A program made the position numbers and the translations under genes. A stretch of DNA of 64,000 nucleotides, from the NCBI GenBank assembly GCA_019704295.1, contig AP024596.1, positions 1,472,001 to 1,536,000 of the forward strand. The letters run 5' to 3'. The stretch is from Sulfolobales archaeon HS-7 (GTDB lineage Archaea; Thermoproteota; Thermoprotei_A; Sulfolobales; Sulfolobaceae). This document shows, piece by piece, positions 8,530 through 18,461 of the stretch. The notes beneath the pieces are model-generated. The model worked only from the letters and a program-made list of their open reading frames with translations. It had not been told where the DNA came from and searched no databases. How positions within the stretch are numbered: the first letter of the stretch is position 1; every line of letters starts with the position of its first letter.

Positions 8530-10704
8530 TCACCAGAGAATCGCTGTTTCGTTCTTAAGCCTTCTAAACCCCGTGTCCTTATCGTAATACTTTTCCAGGT
8601 CCTCCCTTTTCAGCAAGTACCAACCCAACTCCTCATCCAGTTCCAGGGGAGGTTCATCCCATGCCCTGACCACGTATTGTTCAGCCAACCCCCTCTGCAC
8701 CTTTAGCAAGGCCCTTCTCTGATACCCCCTCTGCTTAAGCACCTCCTTCAGCTCCTTCAGAACTTTCTCCGCCTCCTCATCAACGTTTACGTAAACTGAG
8801 TATTTGGGTTCCTCCTTAATTACCTTTAGCTCCACCTCCCCGTAGTTCAAATCCGTTATCTCCTTCTCTAGGTTCTCCCATTCCTTGGTACGAAAGTCGC
8901 TATACCTTCTCCTAATCTCCTCGTAAAACCTTCCCAAAATTGACGAAATGTCCCTTTCATTGAACCCCTTTTCCCAACCCTTCAGTGTGGACAGAGTTAC
9001 CTCTTCGCTCAGTTTACCGTATATAAGAGAGAAATCGGTGGAATTGACGTTCTCCCTCTTTACCCTAGTTAGGATGACCTCTCCTGTCTCTCCGTAATTC
9101 CTGTTAATCCTTCCAGCCGTTTGTACCACGGCATCAATAGGCCCTAAGTCCCTGTAACCTCTTCTGAAGTCAATGTCCACACCTGCTTCAACCATTTGAG
9201 TTGTCACCAGTATTACCCTTTCCCCCTTCTCAATCTTACTCTTGATGCGCTCTATCCGCCTCCACCTCTCTAAGGGCACTATCCTAGTGGAGAGGAAGTA
9301 AGGTTTCTCTCCCCTGTCTCTGAGGACTTTGAAAACTCTTTCCGCCGATTCAATTGTGTTAAGCTCTATCATAGTCGAAGTTCTCACGTCAATTCCCGCC
9401 GCAAGTTCCTCCGGAGTCTCCACCTGATCGAATTTCCTAAACCTGACAACGTACCTGTCTGGAACGGTCGTAACAGGTCTTTCCGGTTCTACGCTAAGAG
9501 GAGGTGTAGCCGTCATCATGAGGATCTCAACGTTAAGGTGTTTCGTCATTTCCTCCAACCCCTTCTTGATGATACCCAGGTATTCCAGGGGAAGTGCCTG
9601 GACCTCGTCTAGGATTAGGAAAGAGTTTGAGAGGTTGTGTAACCTTTTCAAGTTGGAGTTCTTGGGGGAGAAAAGGGTTGCCAGTAGGGCCTCAAAGGTA
9701 GTGACAATGAAGGGAGAATCCCAGCTCTCCGCCAACATGAGTTGCGACTCTAAGTCCCTTGTCTCATCTGCCCCTTTCTTCTGGGTGAAAGCCAGGTGAT
9801 GGAACTTCATGACGTTCTCCTCACTCAGAATGTCGGATAGAACCCTCCAGTTCTGCTCTATTATGCTAATGAAGGGTAGGGAGTACACTACCCTCCTTCT
9901 CCCTCCCTTCAGAGCCACTAGGGAACCCGCTAATGTCTTCCCGCTACCCGTAGGGGCAACCAGCGTTATGAAGGGAGACTCTTGAACGTAGTTTAAAGCC
10001 CAATTCCTAAGTTCCTCTCTCATTCCTCTAATTTGAGGGTTTGGTGAGGTAAGGCTTCTTATGTGCCTTTCAAGGATTTTGTAATCAGGTAGCGGTAGAC
10101 CTCTCTCCTCCACGTTACCTGCACTGTGTTTATCCGCATCGATCAGTGATGAAAAGATGAGTAGGCCCTCCAGATACTCCTTCCACCCCTTATCCCTAAG
10201 AACAGCATTCGTTACTTTCCTATATCCTTGCCTAAGGAGTTCCTCAAGCGAGGGGAGATCTGCGGGAACCCACTCAACTTCCTCTCTGATAGTAGACCAC
10301 TTGGACTTGATATCCTGATATTGTTTTACTAAACAAGTTTGGGGGTTTCCGATGTTATCCCTGTTATTTCTAAGTACATCGCGGTAATCCCTCAGACCCC
10401 TTAGGTAACCGTGATGGGAGTACACGGAAATCGCTGACAGCACTGAGTATAGGTCGTCCTTCACAGTGTAAAGGGTAATTATTGATGAAAAGAGGGCGTG
10501 ATCTGAACAGTCGACCCTCCTCTGATCAAGCAGGTGCTCCTGAAAAAAGCGGGAGTACTTTCCTATATCGTGAAGTCCGCCTGCCATAAAGGCGAATTCC
10601 GCCAGATCCTCTCTACCCGCATCAGTTATTCTTCTCCTTGCTCCCTCCCCCACTTCCCTCAAGTGTACTCTAATTTCCTTATCAGGATGACTGTAAAACT
10701 TCAC
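8530..10704 (-). CDS. cas3: CRISPR-associated HD nuclease/helicase Cas3
   Basis: LHDIGK, HHG and LIDAD (HD domain); APTGSGKT, ILDEVQ, MTAT and QTAGRINR (SF2 helicase). Confidence 0.96.
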   Translation of the reverse strand: MKFYSHPDKEIRVHLREVGEGARRRITDAGREDLAEFAFMAGGLHDIGKYSRFFQEHLLDQRRVDCSDHALFSSIITLYTVKDDLYSVLSAISVYSHHGYLRGLRDYRDVLRNNRDNIGNPQTCLVKQYQDIKSKWSTIREEVEWVPADLPSLEELLRQGYRKVTNAVLRDKGWKEYLEGLLIFSSLIDADKHSAGNVEERGLPLPDYKILERHIRSLTSPNPQIRGMREELRNWALNYVQESPFITLVAPTGSGKTLAGSLVALKGGRRRVVYSLPFISIIEQNWRVLSDILSEENVMKFHHLAFTQKKGADETRDLESQLMLAESWDSPFIVTTFEALLATLFSPKNSNLKRLHNLSNSFLILDEVQALPLEYLGIIKKGLEEMTKHLNVEILMMTATPPLSVEPERPVTTVPDRYVVRFRKFDQVETPEELAAGIDVRTSTMIELNTIESAERVFKVLRDRGEKPYFLSTRIVPLERWRRIERIKSKIEKGERVILVTTQMVEAGVDIDFRRGYRDLGPIDAVVQTAGRINRNYGETGEVILTRVKRENVNSTDFSLIYGKLSEEVTLSTLKGWEKGFNERDISSILGRFYEEIRRRYSDFRTKEWENLEKEITDLNYGEVELKVIKEEPKYSVYVNVDEEAEKVLKELKEVLKQRGYQRRALLKVQRGLAEQYVVRAWDEPPLELDEELGWYLLKREDLEKYYDKDTGFRRLKNETAILW

Positions 10705-11560
10705 ATAATGAACAGGAAGGGAGAGGAAAAAAACTTTTCGTGAACGCTCGTGGTCAGAAGGTTAAGATCACTTCGTTGCCCCTTAGTTACCTATCTTAAA
10801 TGCGTTTGAGGTATTCCCTCAACTTAAAACCATTCAGCGCGTGGAAGAAAAACGTGGTAAGGCCCTGGTAATGATGAAATTCCCGTTCATGACAAAGGAT
10901 GAGACAAAAACCGATTGGAAATTCATTACAACTGTAGGTTACGCATATTACGTAAAAGCGCTTACTTCGCCTTCCTCAATCTCTCATAATTAGGGTTAAC
11001 GAGTAACAAGGGTACTTTACGAACTTGATCTGACCAGGGTGAAAAATCCATTGCCGCATAGGTGGGTCTACCCAGGGGTTTACTTGTTACATTCCTGACG
11101 TTCGAGAACTGCGGAGTACAGGGCCGCGTAAATTAGCAAAACCTCATGCAGATTTGTTGAGGTAATTGAAGATCCTTGTCCATTTTACTAAACCCATCAG
11201 AATACCTTGAAAAACTAATCACGACTTGCTTAATTAACACTAGGCAAACTAAAGAGTATTTAAATTATCCTAAAATTATGATAGTATATTATCTAACTTC
11301 AATAATAAAAGGAAACCCATAAAGGGCTTTCCGTAATCTTTAAGGGGAAAGTTAAAAATTAACCCTAGAGTTCAGCTCATACCAAGGCCTAATGGTTTAA
11401 CCAGGAAGTACAAAGGAGTTCAATTTCTTGTAACCTTCCGCGTGTTTACTGAGTTAAGATGCTCTCATCTCTTTCAGATTGACGTCTAAGCCTGGTTCTA
11501 GTGTTATTACTCCCTATTGATCTCTTTGAAGACATTACGCGTTAACTGGAATAGTGATCT

Positions 11561-11818
11561 TCATAAAACGTTGGACGGCCCTTTCTCCTCTCCAAGAATT
11601 TCCCTCTTCAGCGTTCTTTTAGATTCCGTTAAGTAAATTATAACTGAATCCCCTTCCCTCATTATTTGACGTAATTCCTCTTTTAGGGAGTAGAGCTTAC
11701 CCTCGGATATTTCCCCTTCAAATACCGACCTTTGAACCCAGGCAAGGTATTTCCTACAGATGTTAAGCGCTTTGTTTACCCGACTTTCATCAAAATCGTA
11801 AACCAGTACTACGTACAC
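11561..11818 (-). CDS. cas2: CRISPR-associated Cas2
   Basis: YVVLVYDFDESRVNK...WVQRSVFEG, 85 aa. Confidence 0.96.
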   Translation of the reverse strand: MYVVLVYDFDESRVNKALNICRKYLAWVQRSVFEGEISEGKLYSLKEELRQIMREGDSVIIYLTESKRTLKREILGEEKGPSNVL

Positions 11819-12007
11819 TATAATTAATATGTAAATTTAATTTATACTGATTTCGCATTTTCCGATAGGTAGGACAATTTACAATTATTTTTGTTATCTT
11901 GGGGTAAATAAGATATTCGTACTGACGTTTTACCCTAGGATGGAGTATGTTCTAAAACATTGAACCAGCTGAGCATGATGTTAGTCCTAATATTTGTATT
12001 AAGGTTG

Positions 12008-12037
12008 GTTTCAAGCCCTCATAGGAAAGCTATAAAC
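12008..12037 (-). CRISPR. Orphan CRISPR repeat, probably the detached trailer repeat of the main array
   Basis: GTTTCAAGCCCTCATAGGAAAGCTATAAAC, 29/30 identical to the A-type array repeat and in the same orientation. Confidence 0.9.
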
Positions 12038-12201
12038 CCGGGCCATAGGCATAAGAGACTAGATAATGTTCCAATAAAATGTAAAAAAACGCTTTGTGTT
12101 GCATATTTAAACTGAAGTAGAACTAACATGTGAAAGAAAAGTAGAATAGAATAATAGCAGAAATCGGTCAGCGTTTCAAAGCATTAACTCCTTAGTTAAC
12201 G

Positions 12202-12426
12202 CTAAATGTTGATTTCCTCAAGCCTCATCATGCTTACGCAGTATAATCTTATCCTTTTCCCATTTGGGGTCCTAAGCCCTCTTCTCGTTATGTGATCCTC
12301 TTTAGCTAGTCTACTTAGTACTACCTTAGCATTGTTTTCATCTATATTTACATCTCTACAAATTTCGTCAAGCGTCTCACAGTTGTTTCGTGCTAAGTAA
12401 AATGGTATAATTCTCCACATGTTCAT
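12202..12426 (-). CDS. plrA: PlrA-like small wHTH plasmid DNA-binding protein
   Basis: CETLDEICRDVNIDENNAKVVLSRLAKEDHITRR...RIRLYCV. Likely start MNMWR at 12426. Upstream direct repeat GTAGGATTACAAA at 12444 and 12508. Confidence 0.7.
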   Translation of the reverse strand: MNMWRIIPFYLARNNCETLDEICRDVNIDENNAKVVLSRLAKEDHITRRGLRTPNGKRIRLYCVSMMRLEEINI

Positions 12427-12650
12427 ATCATAATTTAGGCTAGGTAGGATTACAAAAATGTTACCCTTCATGGAGACGTGGAAAACCGCTTTCCCAAACC
12501 CTTTTTAGTAGGATTACAAATTTGTAACACTCTCACTATTAACGCAAGAGTCTGCCCAAACGAGAGAAAAATCAGGGATCCGGGCAGGATTAATTATCTA
12601 TCTTCTAGCGATTATACTGGAGATCATAAAATTTTCTAAAAGATGAAATT

Positions 12651-13724
12651 TTACTCTGAAACTTCAACGACTCTCCTTCTTAGAAGTGTCTCAGCTACTT
12701 TATCAGTTATTATTTTAATTAAATCTTCAACACGTGACTTATCTACTATAAATTTCTTGTTCTGCTCATCAAATTCTACTTTTAACTCCCTTTGAGTTTT
12801 ATTTTCATATTCATTCTTTACTTTTTCTATAATCTTAGGGTCGGTATTTAGATTTTGTTCGATTTCGGTTATGCCATTTTTTACAACTTTGTTTAGATTC
12901 CTTAATTGTAATGGGTCTACCTCTCTCAAACCTCTTTCGAATGCATCCGCGTTATCAACAATATTTATTACCTTTTTAAAGTTTGGCTCCTTCTTCAAGT
13001 TATTTATATAATAATCAACAAGCATTTTCTTAAAATTACTATCCTTTTGAAACTTCGATAGCGTAAAAATGATTATCTTACCTTTATAATATGTGAACAG
13101 AATATTCTTTTCTAGAATTATATAATCCTTAATATTTACTGCTTCGTAGGTGTCTTTAGACTTAAAAAAGTGTAAAATGCTAAGGTTTTTTAAAATAATA
13201 TTTCTATCAAATTTACTAAATATTAATATGTCATCCCCGCCTTCATCACTAAGTTTGAATGCTACATATTTAGTATTCTTCGTGTCGTTCTCCGGGCTAA
13301 ACTTTTCGTCAGTAGGAGGGTTCGCATTCTTGATCATTTGAATTAATTTCATAATATCACTCTCAGTATTATAGGATCCACTCTGTTGAGAAGTATTTGC
13401 TTGAATTTGAGAAGCAGCTTGAATTTGGGGGTCAGAAGATAAAATATCGAGATCTATATAGCATGGTTTTTTAGACTCAAAGTCAGCACATTCATTAATA
13501 ATATTCTCTTTTTCTAGTTTTGTAGATATTTTTTCTCTTATGTAAATAAAATTATTCCTACTTCCTCTCTCAATATTTATATACTTAGCTTCATATGTTA
13601 CACCTTTATCACTTACTCCTCCTTTAGTTCTTACAAAGAAGTATATTTCCTTGAGTTTATCTTCTAAATCAATTTTATTAGTAGCCTCGACTAAATCTTT
13701 TCCAGAGTAGCCCTCTTTGTTCAT
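12651..13724 (-). CDS. kwaB: Kiwa anti-phage system protein KwaB-like (DUF4868-like)
   Basis: 357 aa, soluble, with ILIFSKFDRNIILK...DTYE...LEKNILFTYYKGKIIIF and a C-terminal EDLIKIITDKVAETLL resembling KwaB. Starts 7 nt after the KwaA-like gene. Confidence 0.7.
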   Translation of the reverse strand: MNKEGYSGKDLVEATNKIDLEDKLKEIYFFVRTKGGVSDKGVTYEAKYINIERGSRNNFIYIREKISTKLEKENIINECADFESKKPCYIDLDILSSDPQIQAASQIQANTSQQSGSYNTESDIMKLIQMIKNANPPTDEKFSPENDTKNTKYVAFKLSDEGGDDILIFSKFDRNIILKNLSILHFFKSKDTYEAVNIKDYIILEKNILFTYYKGKIIIFTLSKFQKDSNFKKMLVDYYINNLKKEPNFKKVINIVDNADAFERGLREVDPLQLRNLNKVVKNGITEIEQNLNTDPKIIEKVKNEYENKTQRELKVEFDEQNKKFIVDKSRVEDLIKIITDKVAETLLRRRVVEVSE

Positions 13725-13731
13725 TAACCTC

Positions 13732-14319
13732 TTATTCTTTATACTTTTTGTCTAAATAAATATTCTGATATAGGCGGAAAACTTCAACTATTTTACCCTC
13801 CTGTACCATCCCCTCATATATAATATAGACCGATCTGTTATGCTCCTGTACCTTCACCTTGTAAACTCTATAACCACTTATGAAAAGAATAGGGTTAAAG
13901 AGGAGCACTTCGCTGTTCTTGAATAATTCATATATAAAAACCATAATTAAGAAAAAGACTACTAGTCCATATATGTTGGCTTGGAATGTAGATATTAGCC
14001 CAAGTACGTAACTCATTATGACATTAGTATAGTTAATACTTAAGTCTTCTACCTCGGTAATGGTATATTTGAAAGATTCATCATTTCTGTTAGAGCTCAA
14101 GAACTTAAAGTAAAGATAGTTAGAAACAACTAACCATAAAATCACTATTAAGTAGATTATTAGAATTAGAATCCATGGAATTTGTAAGCTAAAGTTTTCT
14201 ATTGTAAATCTAAGCGAAGATGTTAGAATATACCTAAAATAATTTATCATAACTGCTATAAATAGTAATGTATACTCGCTTGTAAATAGTGCCAATGAAT
14301 TTAAATCAACCCTAGTCAT
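13732..14319 (-). CDS. kwaA: Kiwa anti-phage system membrane protein KwaA-like
   Basis: 195 aa with about 4 TM segments. ITEVEDLSINYTNVIMSYVLGLIS and LLFNPILFISGYRVYKV match the KwaA-type NP-x5-G(Y/F)(R/K)xY signature. Confidence 0.75.
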   Translation of the reverse strand: MTRVDLNSLALFTSEYTLLFIAVMINYFRYILTSSLRFTIENFSLQIPWILILIIYLIVILWLVVSNYLYFKFLSSNRNDESFKYTITEVEDLSINYTNVIMSYVLGLISTFQANIYGLVVFFLIMVFIYELFKNSEVLLFNPILFISGYRVYKVKVQEHNRSVYIIYEGMVQEGKIVEVFRLYQNIYLDKKYKE

Positions 14320-14464
14320 GGTGCTAATTACTCTCTGATCATATAGAGTAATAAACTAGTTTTAGTTGTGAATTTTCTCGCCACTAAATTGTGGGAGTTA
14401 ACAGAATTTATTTCACGTATCATTTTTGACGACTAGACATATCTACTCTGTTAGTTCAATTTTC

Positions 14465-14755
14465 CTAAATTAGATGAGAAAAATAGTAAGTCCCCACTAG
14501 TACGATAATGTCAATAACTAGAAGATATACTGTAATCATGGATAGTGCAAAAAGTCTTGTATCCCAATCCGTGTATTCGTCACTTACAATATCGTCAGGA
14601 AGTACTATAGATATTCCGGAAATATCTAGAATTATAATAAATTCCATTGGGTTCATTATTTCATCTCAGTGGGCAAGAGCATTTCGTATTACCAGTAACG
14701 TGTTGAAAATCTGTAATTCCTCTACTGTAGGCAAAATCTTTATAGGCAGCTTATA
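14465..14755 (-). pseudogene. Truncated HEPN-like gene remnant
   Basis: In frame upstream of ORF 14465..14656 the sequence reads LQIFNTLLVIRNALAH*DEIMNP, an Rx4H motif followed by an in-frame TGA. Confidence 0.45.
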
Positions 14756-15593
14756 GTTTCCGTCTCTTTCATTATCTTTATGACCCTATTCTCCAGGTCT
14801 ATTTGATTCATCTTAAGCGAGAATACTTCTCCTACCCTGAGCCCACTCTACGCCAATAATAGGAAGACAGGCTTAGTCCCTAAATGGTCTATGCTATCGA
14901 ATATCTCCCTTAAAGTCTCTAGAGAAAGCGGCTGCGGTGTTGTATCTGTACTTTGACTTAGGCACTTTGAAGGAATTATGAAGTAATTGAGCTAAGTGTA
15001 AGTTCTTTTCTCTTATAATAGTCTTAATAAATAACTTTAGGGAATAGCAGCATGCCTAGCTATATTGTTGCTTTCTTCAACCTAGTTCAGCTAATAGGTC
15101 CCGGAACCTGTCAGGGTTCAATTCATATCCTAGCCTTGTAACTCTAAGCCTTAAATACCTCATCCTCATAGCCATCGTACTCTTACTCTTGCCCTGGAGT
15201 GATTTTTCGAACTTGTTTACATCATCTTCAGTAACAATATACGTAGAAGATACATTCTTCAGATAACCTCCTAAACATTGATAGAGAATTGAGACAAAGA
15301 AATTACGGAACTTTTCGTCTTTCATCGCTTTTATAACCACTGACAAGGCAGTCGTAACGTCTACTTCCACTAATTTCAACCCGTAAATAGCATCTGAAAG
15401 TTTATCTGGTGCCGGCATATCTGCAGCCTTTCTTACTACCTCCAAAGGATATTCTGGTCCGTGTTCACGTACCTGAATAGAGTACTCCTACCTACTCCTG
15501 ACTGCTTTGAAGCTTTTGCTAGCCTAGTTCTTCTTCTACTTTCTTTAGTATCCTCCTCCGTTTCTCATCTAATTTTGATACGTCAATTAGCAT
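14754..15593 (-). pseudogene. int: pNOB8-type tyrosine integrase pseudogene (stops, frameshifts, C-terminal third deleted)
   Basis: Fragments MLIDVSKLDEKRRRILKK, GVGRSTLFRYVNTD, LSDAIYGLKLVEVDVTTALSVVIKAMKDEKFRNFFVSILYQ and SGLRVGEVFSLKMNQIDLENRVIKIMKETET. Confidence 0.9.
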
Positions 15594-15703
15594 ATTTCTC
15601 TATCCTACTTATAAGAAAGTGACGCTTTTCCAAAAATAAGGTTTTGTGTTTTACTTACGCCTTTATAAAGAGAACGCGACGTACTTTCAATTTCAGGGAG
15701 AAT

Positions 15704-15747
15704 TGGTGCCGCGGCCGGGATTTGAACCCGGGTCACAGACTTGAGAG
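15704..15747 (-). other. att site: 3' half of tRNA-Glu(CTC), not a complete tRNA
   Basis: Minus strand reads CTCTCAAGtCtGTGACCCGGGTTCAAATCCCGGCCGCGGCACCA (anticodon loop, T-arm, acceptor 3' strand, CCA). The 5' half is absent, and it lies 110 nt upstream of int. Confidence 0.85.
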
Positions 15748-15765
15748 AGCTTATTCGTTTTCTGA

Positions 15766-17386
15766 GTTTCAAGCCCTCTTAGGAAAGCTACAAACTGCAA
15801 ATATAGCGAAGTTTGTGGAGTCTGGAAAAATCCTCATAGGAAAGCTACAAACCAGGGGCGTGACCGTTGAACTCCGTAGACTGCGTGTTGTTTCAAGCCC
15901 TCATAGGAAAGCTACAAACGAGCCGAAAAGTATGATCTTCTTTATGGTCTCATTCTGTTTCAAGCCCTCATAGGAAAGCTACAAACAAATAAAGGAGATA
16001 GTCTGTTATGGTTAAAGTCCTAACTGGTTTCAAGCACTCATAGGAAAGCTACAAACGGTTCTATCTTGAACAATTAAGCTATATTCACACTGTTTCAAGC
16101 ACTCATAGGAAAGCTACAAACGGTTCTATCTTGAACAATTAAGCTATATTCACACTGTTTCAAGCCCTCATAGGAAAGCTACAACTAGCCCTTCTTTTGC
16201 CATTTCGCTTAAGTCTTTTTCGTTTCAAGCCCTCATAGGAAAGCTACAAACTTAGCAGGAGTATACGTTGGACATATGGTAGGATGGTGTTTCAAGCCCT
16301 CATAGGAAAGCTACAAACTCGTGCCAAAAGATCTAGAAGTTTTTCTGAATTTGGTTTCAAGCCCTCTTAGGAAAGCTACAAACAATGTAATGCATGTAAT
16401 TACACGACATATGATTATCTAGTTTCAAGCCCTCTTAGGAAAGCTACAAACCTCTAAAGAGTTGGAGGAATAGCGTAATGTGTCCTGTTGGTTTTAAGCC
16501 CTCTTAGGAAAGCTACAAACGTCCAATGCGTACAAGGGACAGGAACCGGCGGCATAGTTTCAAGCCCTCTTAGGAAAGCTACAAACATTTTACGTTTTTT
16601 TCACAAAATGATAGATTAATTGGTTTCAAGCCCTCATAGGAAAGCTACAAACATGTACACTATTGCTCTCGATTACTTAATACAGGAGACGTTTCAAGCC
16701 CTCATAGGAAAGCTACAAACATATGAAAGTGCTATATGTCGGATATCTATTTTTTTGTTTCAAGCCCTCTTAGGAAAGCTACAAACTTTTTGAAATTGTG
16801 GAGAAGGGCGATATTGATATACGTTTCAAGCCCTCTTAGGAAAGCTACAAACCAAATTCTTGTGAAACAGGCAAAAATATCGGTGGAATGTTTCAAGCCC
16901 TCTTAGGAAAGCTACAAACACAACTAATCTTCCACCGCTCTATGTGGAGGACGCTGGTTTCAAGCCCTCTTAGGAAAGCTACAAACACATAGGTGTGATC
17001 ATGCCGTTGCCCGGTCTTGCTAGTTTCAAGCCCTCTTAGGAAAGCTACAAACACATAGGGTGTTACGATCTTTCTGTTTTTGAAGCTGGTTTCAAGCCCT
17101 CTTAGGAAAGCTACAAACTCTTAGAAGCACAGCAGAAGATGTACCAGGAGTACTGTTTCAAGCCCTCTTAGGAAAGCTACAAACTCGGAAGCATAACGCT
17201 ATAGTAACTCTGCCATTCTTCGTTTCAAGCCCTCTTAGGAAAGCTACAAACTCGGTAATTAATATCGGTCCAGTGTCTTTCAGCGTTTTAGTTTCAAGCC
17301 CTCTTAGGAAAGCTACAAACTGATACTAAGGATAAACTAATGATTCAAATTCATAAGTTTCAAGCCCTCTTAGGAAAGCTACAAAC
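15766..17386 (-). CRISPR. CRISPR array: 25 repeats (30 bp, GTTTCAAGCCCTC(T/A)TAGGAAAGCTACAAAC on plus) and 24 spacers of 35-40 nt
   Basis: Counted directly. On minus the repeat ends TTGAAAC. Degenerate repeats cluster at the left end, so the leader is on the right next to cas4. Confidence 0.98.
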
Positions 17387-17680
17387 ACTCATTGTTTTGT
17401 CCTTTCTCATTCATAAATTTTTCGGTATCAAATTCGGCAATCTCGCTCTCCCTAGAGGTTACGTGAGGTTGCCGTCGATAATTTACGTCTAAAAATATAT
17501 GTTCTGTTATACATATTTTGGTATTACGTGGGGTTGCCGAATTCTTGTATGAGATAAAAAATGAATAAAAAGCTAAACAGAATAAATACCTCCGAACAGA
17601 TTTATTACTCTCCTAAGGTAACGTCCAATCCAACTACACTAAGTCAGACCTTAAGGGTTAAGCGAAAATTTCTCATGAGT
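17387..17680 (-). promoter_or_regulatory. CRISPR leader
   Basis: AT-rich non-coding region adjoining the conserved end of the array. Contains TTACGTG(A/G)GGTTGCCG twice (17459, 17524) and an inverted CGGCAATCTC (17435). Right boundary approximate. Confidence 0.7.
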
Positions 17681-17896
17681 CAGAAATAACATGCCTAACT
17701 CCATGGATGACTAGCAATAACAGTTCAGGCGTGCTTCATATCCAAACTAATTACCTTAACCTTTAAGGTCTAACCGACATAACGCTAATAACTTAATAAA
17801 GTAAAAAGTTACAAAACATATTAGCCTGGCCTGAACCGTCATTGAAACGTGATAAAGTACCGAAATATTGTTATATTAGTAAACTGAATTAATTAT

Positions 17897-18403
17897 ATGG
17901 ATATATACCTAGCGCCTGACGTTCCTGTCACAGGTACGCTGATATGGTACCTTCACGTCTGTCCTAGGGAGGTGTGGTTTATGTCGAGGGGGATAACCCC
18001 TTATGCCTACCATAGGAGGTTGGAATATGGTAGAGCCGTACACCAGCGGCATTCTGACACAGTACCCCTATCTCTTGAGGGAATCAAGATCGATAAGTTC
18101 GATAGGGAGAGCAACGTGGTCATAGAGATCAAGTCGATGTCCAGGCATCTGGAGTCGGCTAGAGCCCAGTTGAGCTATTACTTATTCCGCCTAAGCGAAC
18201 TGGGATTGAAGGCTAAAGGTCAAGTCTGGGTACCAGATGAATCGTTAACTGAGGAAATCGACAACTTTAATGAAGATGAGGTGAGGAATGACGTGGAGAA
18301 AGTTAAGGAGATAGTTTCGATGGAAACTCCTCCCCAGCGAAAGTGGATAAAGTTCTGCAAGAAGTGTGCCTACAGGGGTTTGTGCTGGGGTGATGAAAGG
18401 TAA
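17897..18403 (+). CDS. cas4: CRISPR-associated exonuclease Cas4
   Basis: CPREVWF, KID, VIEIK, QLSYYL, and C-terminal CKKCAYRGLC Fe-S ligands. Confidence 0.95.
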   Translation: MDIYLAPDVPVTGTLIWYLHVCPREVWFMSRGITPYAYHRRLEYGRAVHQRHSDTVPLSLEGIKIDKFDRESNVVIEIKSMSRHLESARAQLSYYLFRLSELGLKAKGQVWVPDESLTEEIDNFNEDEVRNDVEKVKEIVSMETPPQRKWIKFCKKCAYRGLCWGDER

Positions 18404-18461
18404 TGGGCTTTAACCTCAAATCTCCACGCTCCAAGGGCGAGACCCTTTGCCTGAACCTGCA

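Larger units (their letters stand above)
12038..15765 (-). mobile_element. pNOB8-like conjugative plasmid fragment (att, int pseudogene, HEPN remnant, kwaA, kwaB, plrA) lying between two CRISPR repeats
   Basis: Contains a tRNA-Glu 3'-half att site, pNOB8-type integrase remains and a PlrA homologue. Bounded by repeats at 12008 and 15766. Confidence 0.75.

Noticed and set aside
10870-10915. Possible C/D-box sRNA (ATGATGA...ATGA...GGATGA...CCGA)
   Set aside because: D and D' boxes are non-canonical, the second guide is too short, and no target could be identified.
15704-15747. Functional tRNA-Glu gene
   Set aside because: Only the 3' half is present, with anticodon-stem mismatches; treated as an att site.
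15644-15973. 109-aa ORF on plus
   Set aside because: It reads through the att site and CRISPR repeats, so it is not a real gene.
16987-17088. Adjacent spacers both beginning ACATAGG(G)TGT
   Set aside because: Similarity is limited to about 10 nt and could be chance.
15796-17356. Self-targeting spacers within the window
   Set aside because: No match longer than about 11 nt was noticed by eye; a BLAST search is needed to exclude it properly.
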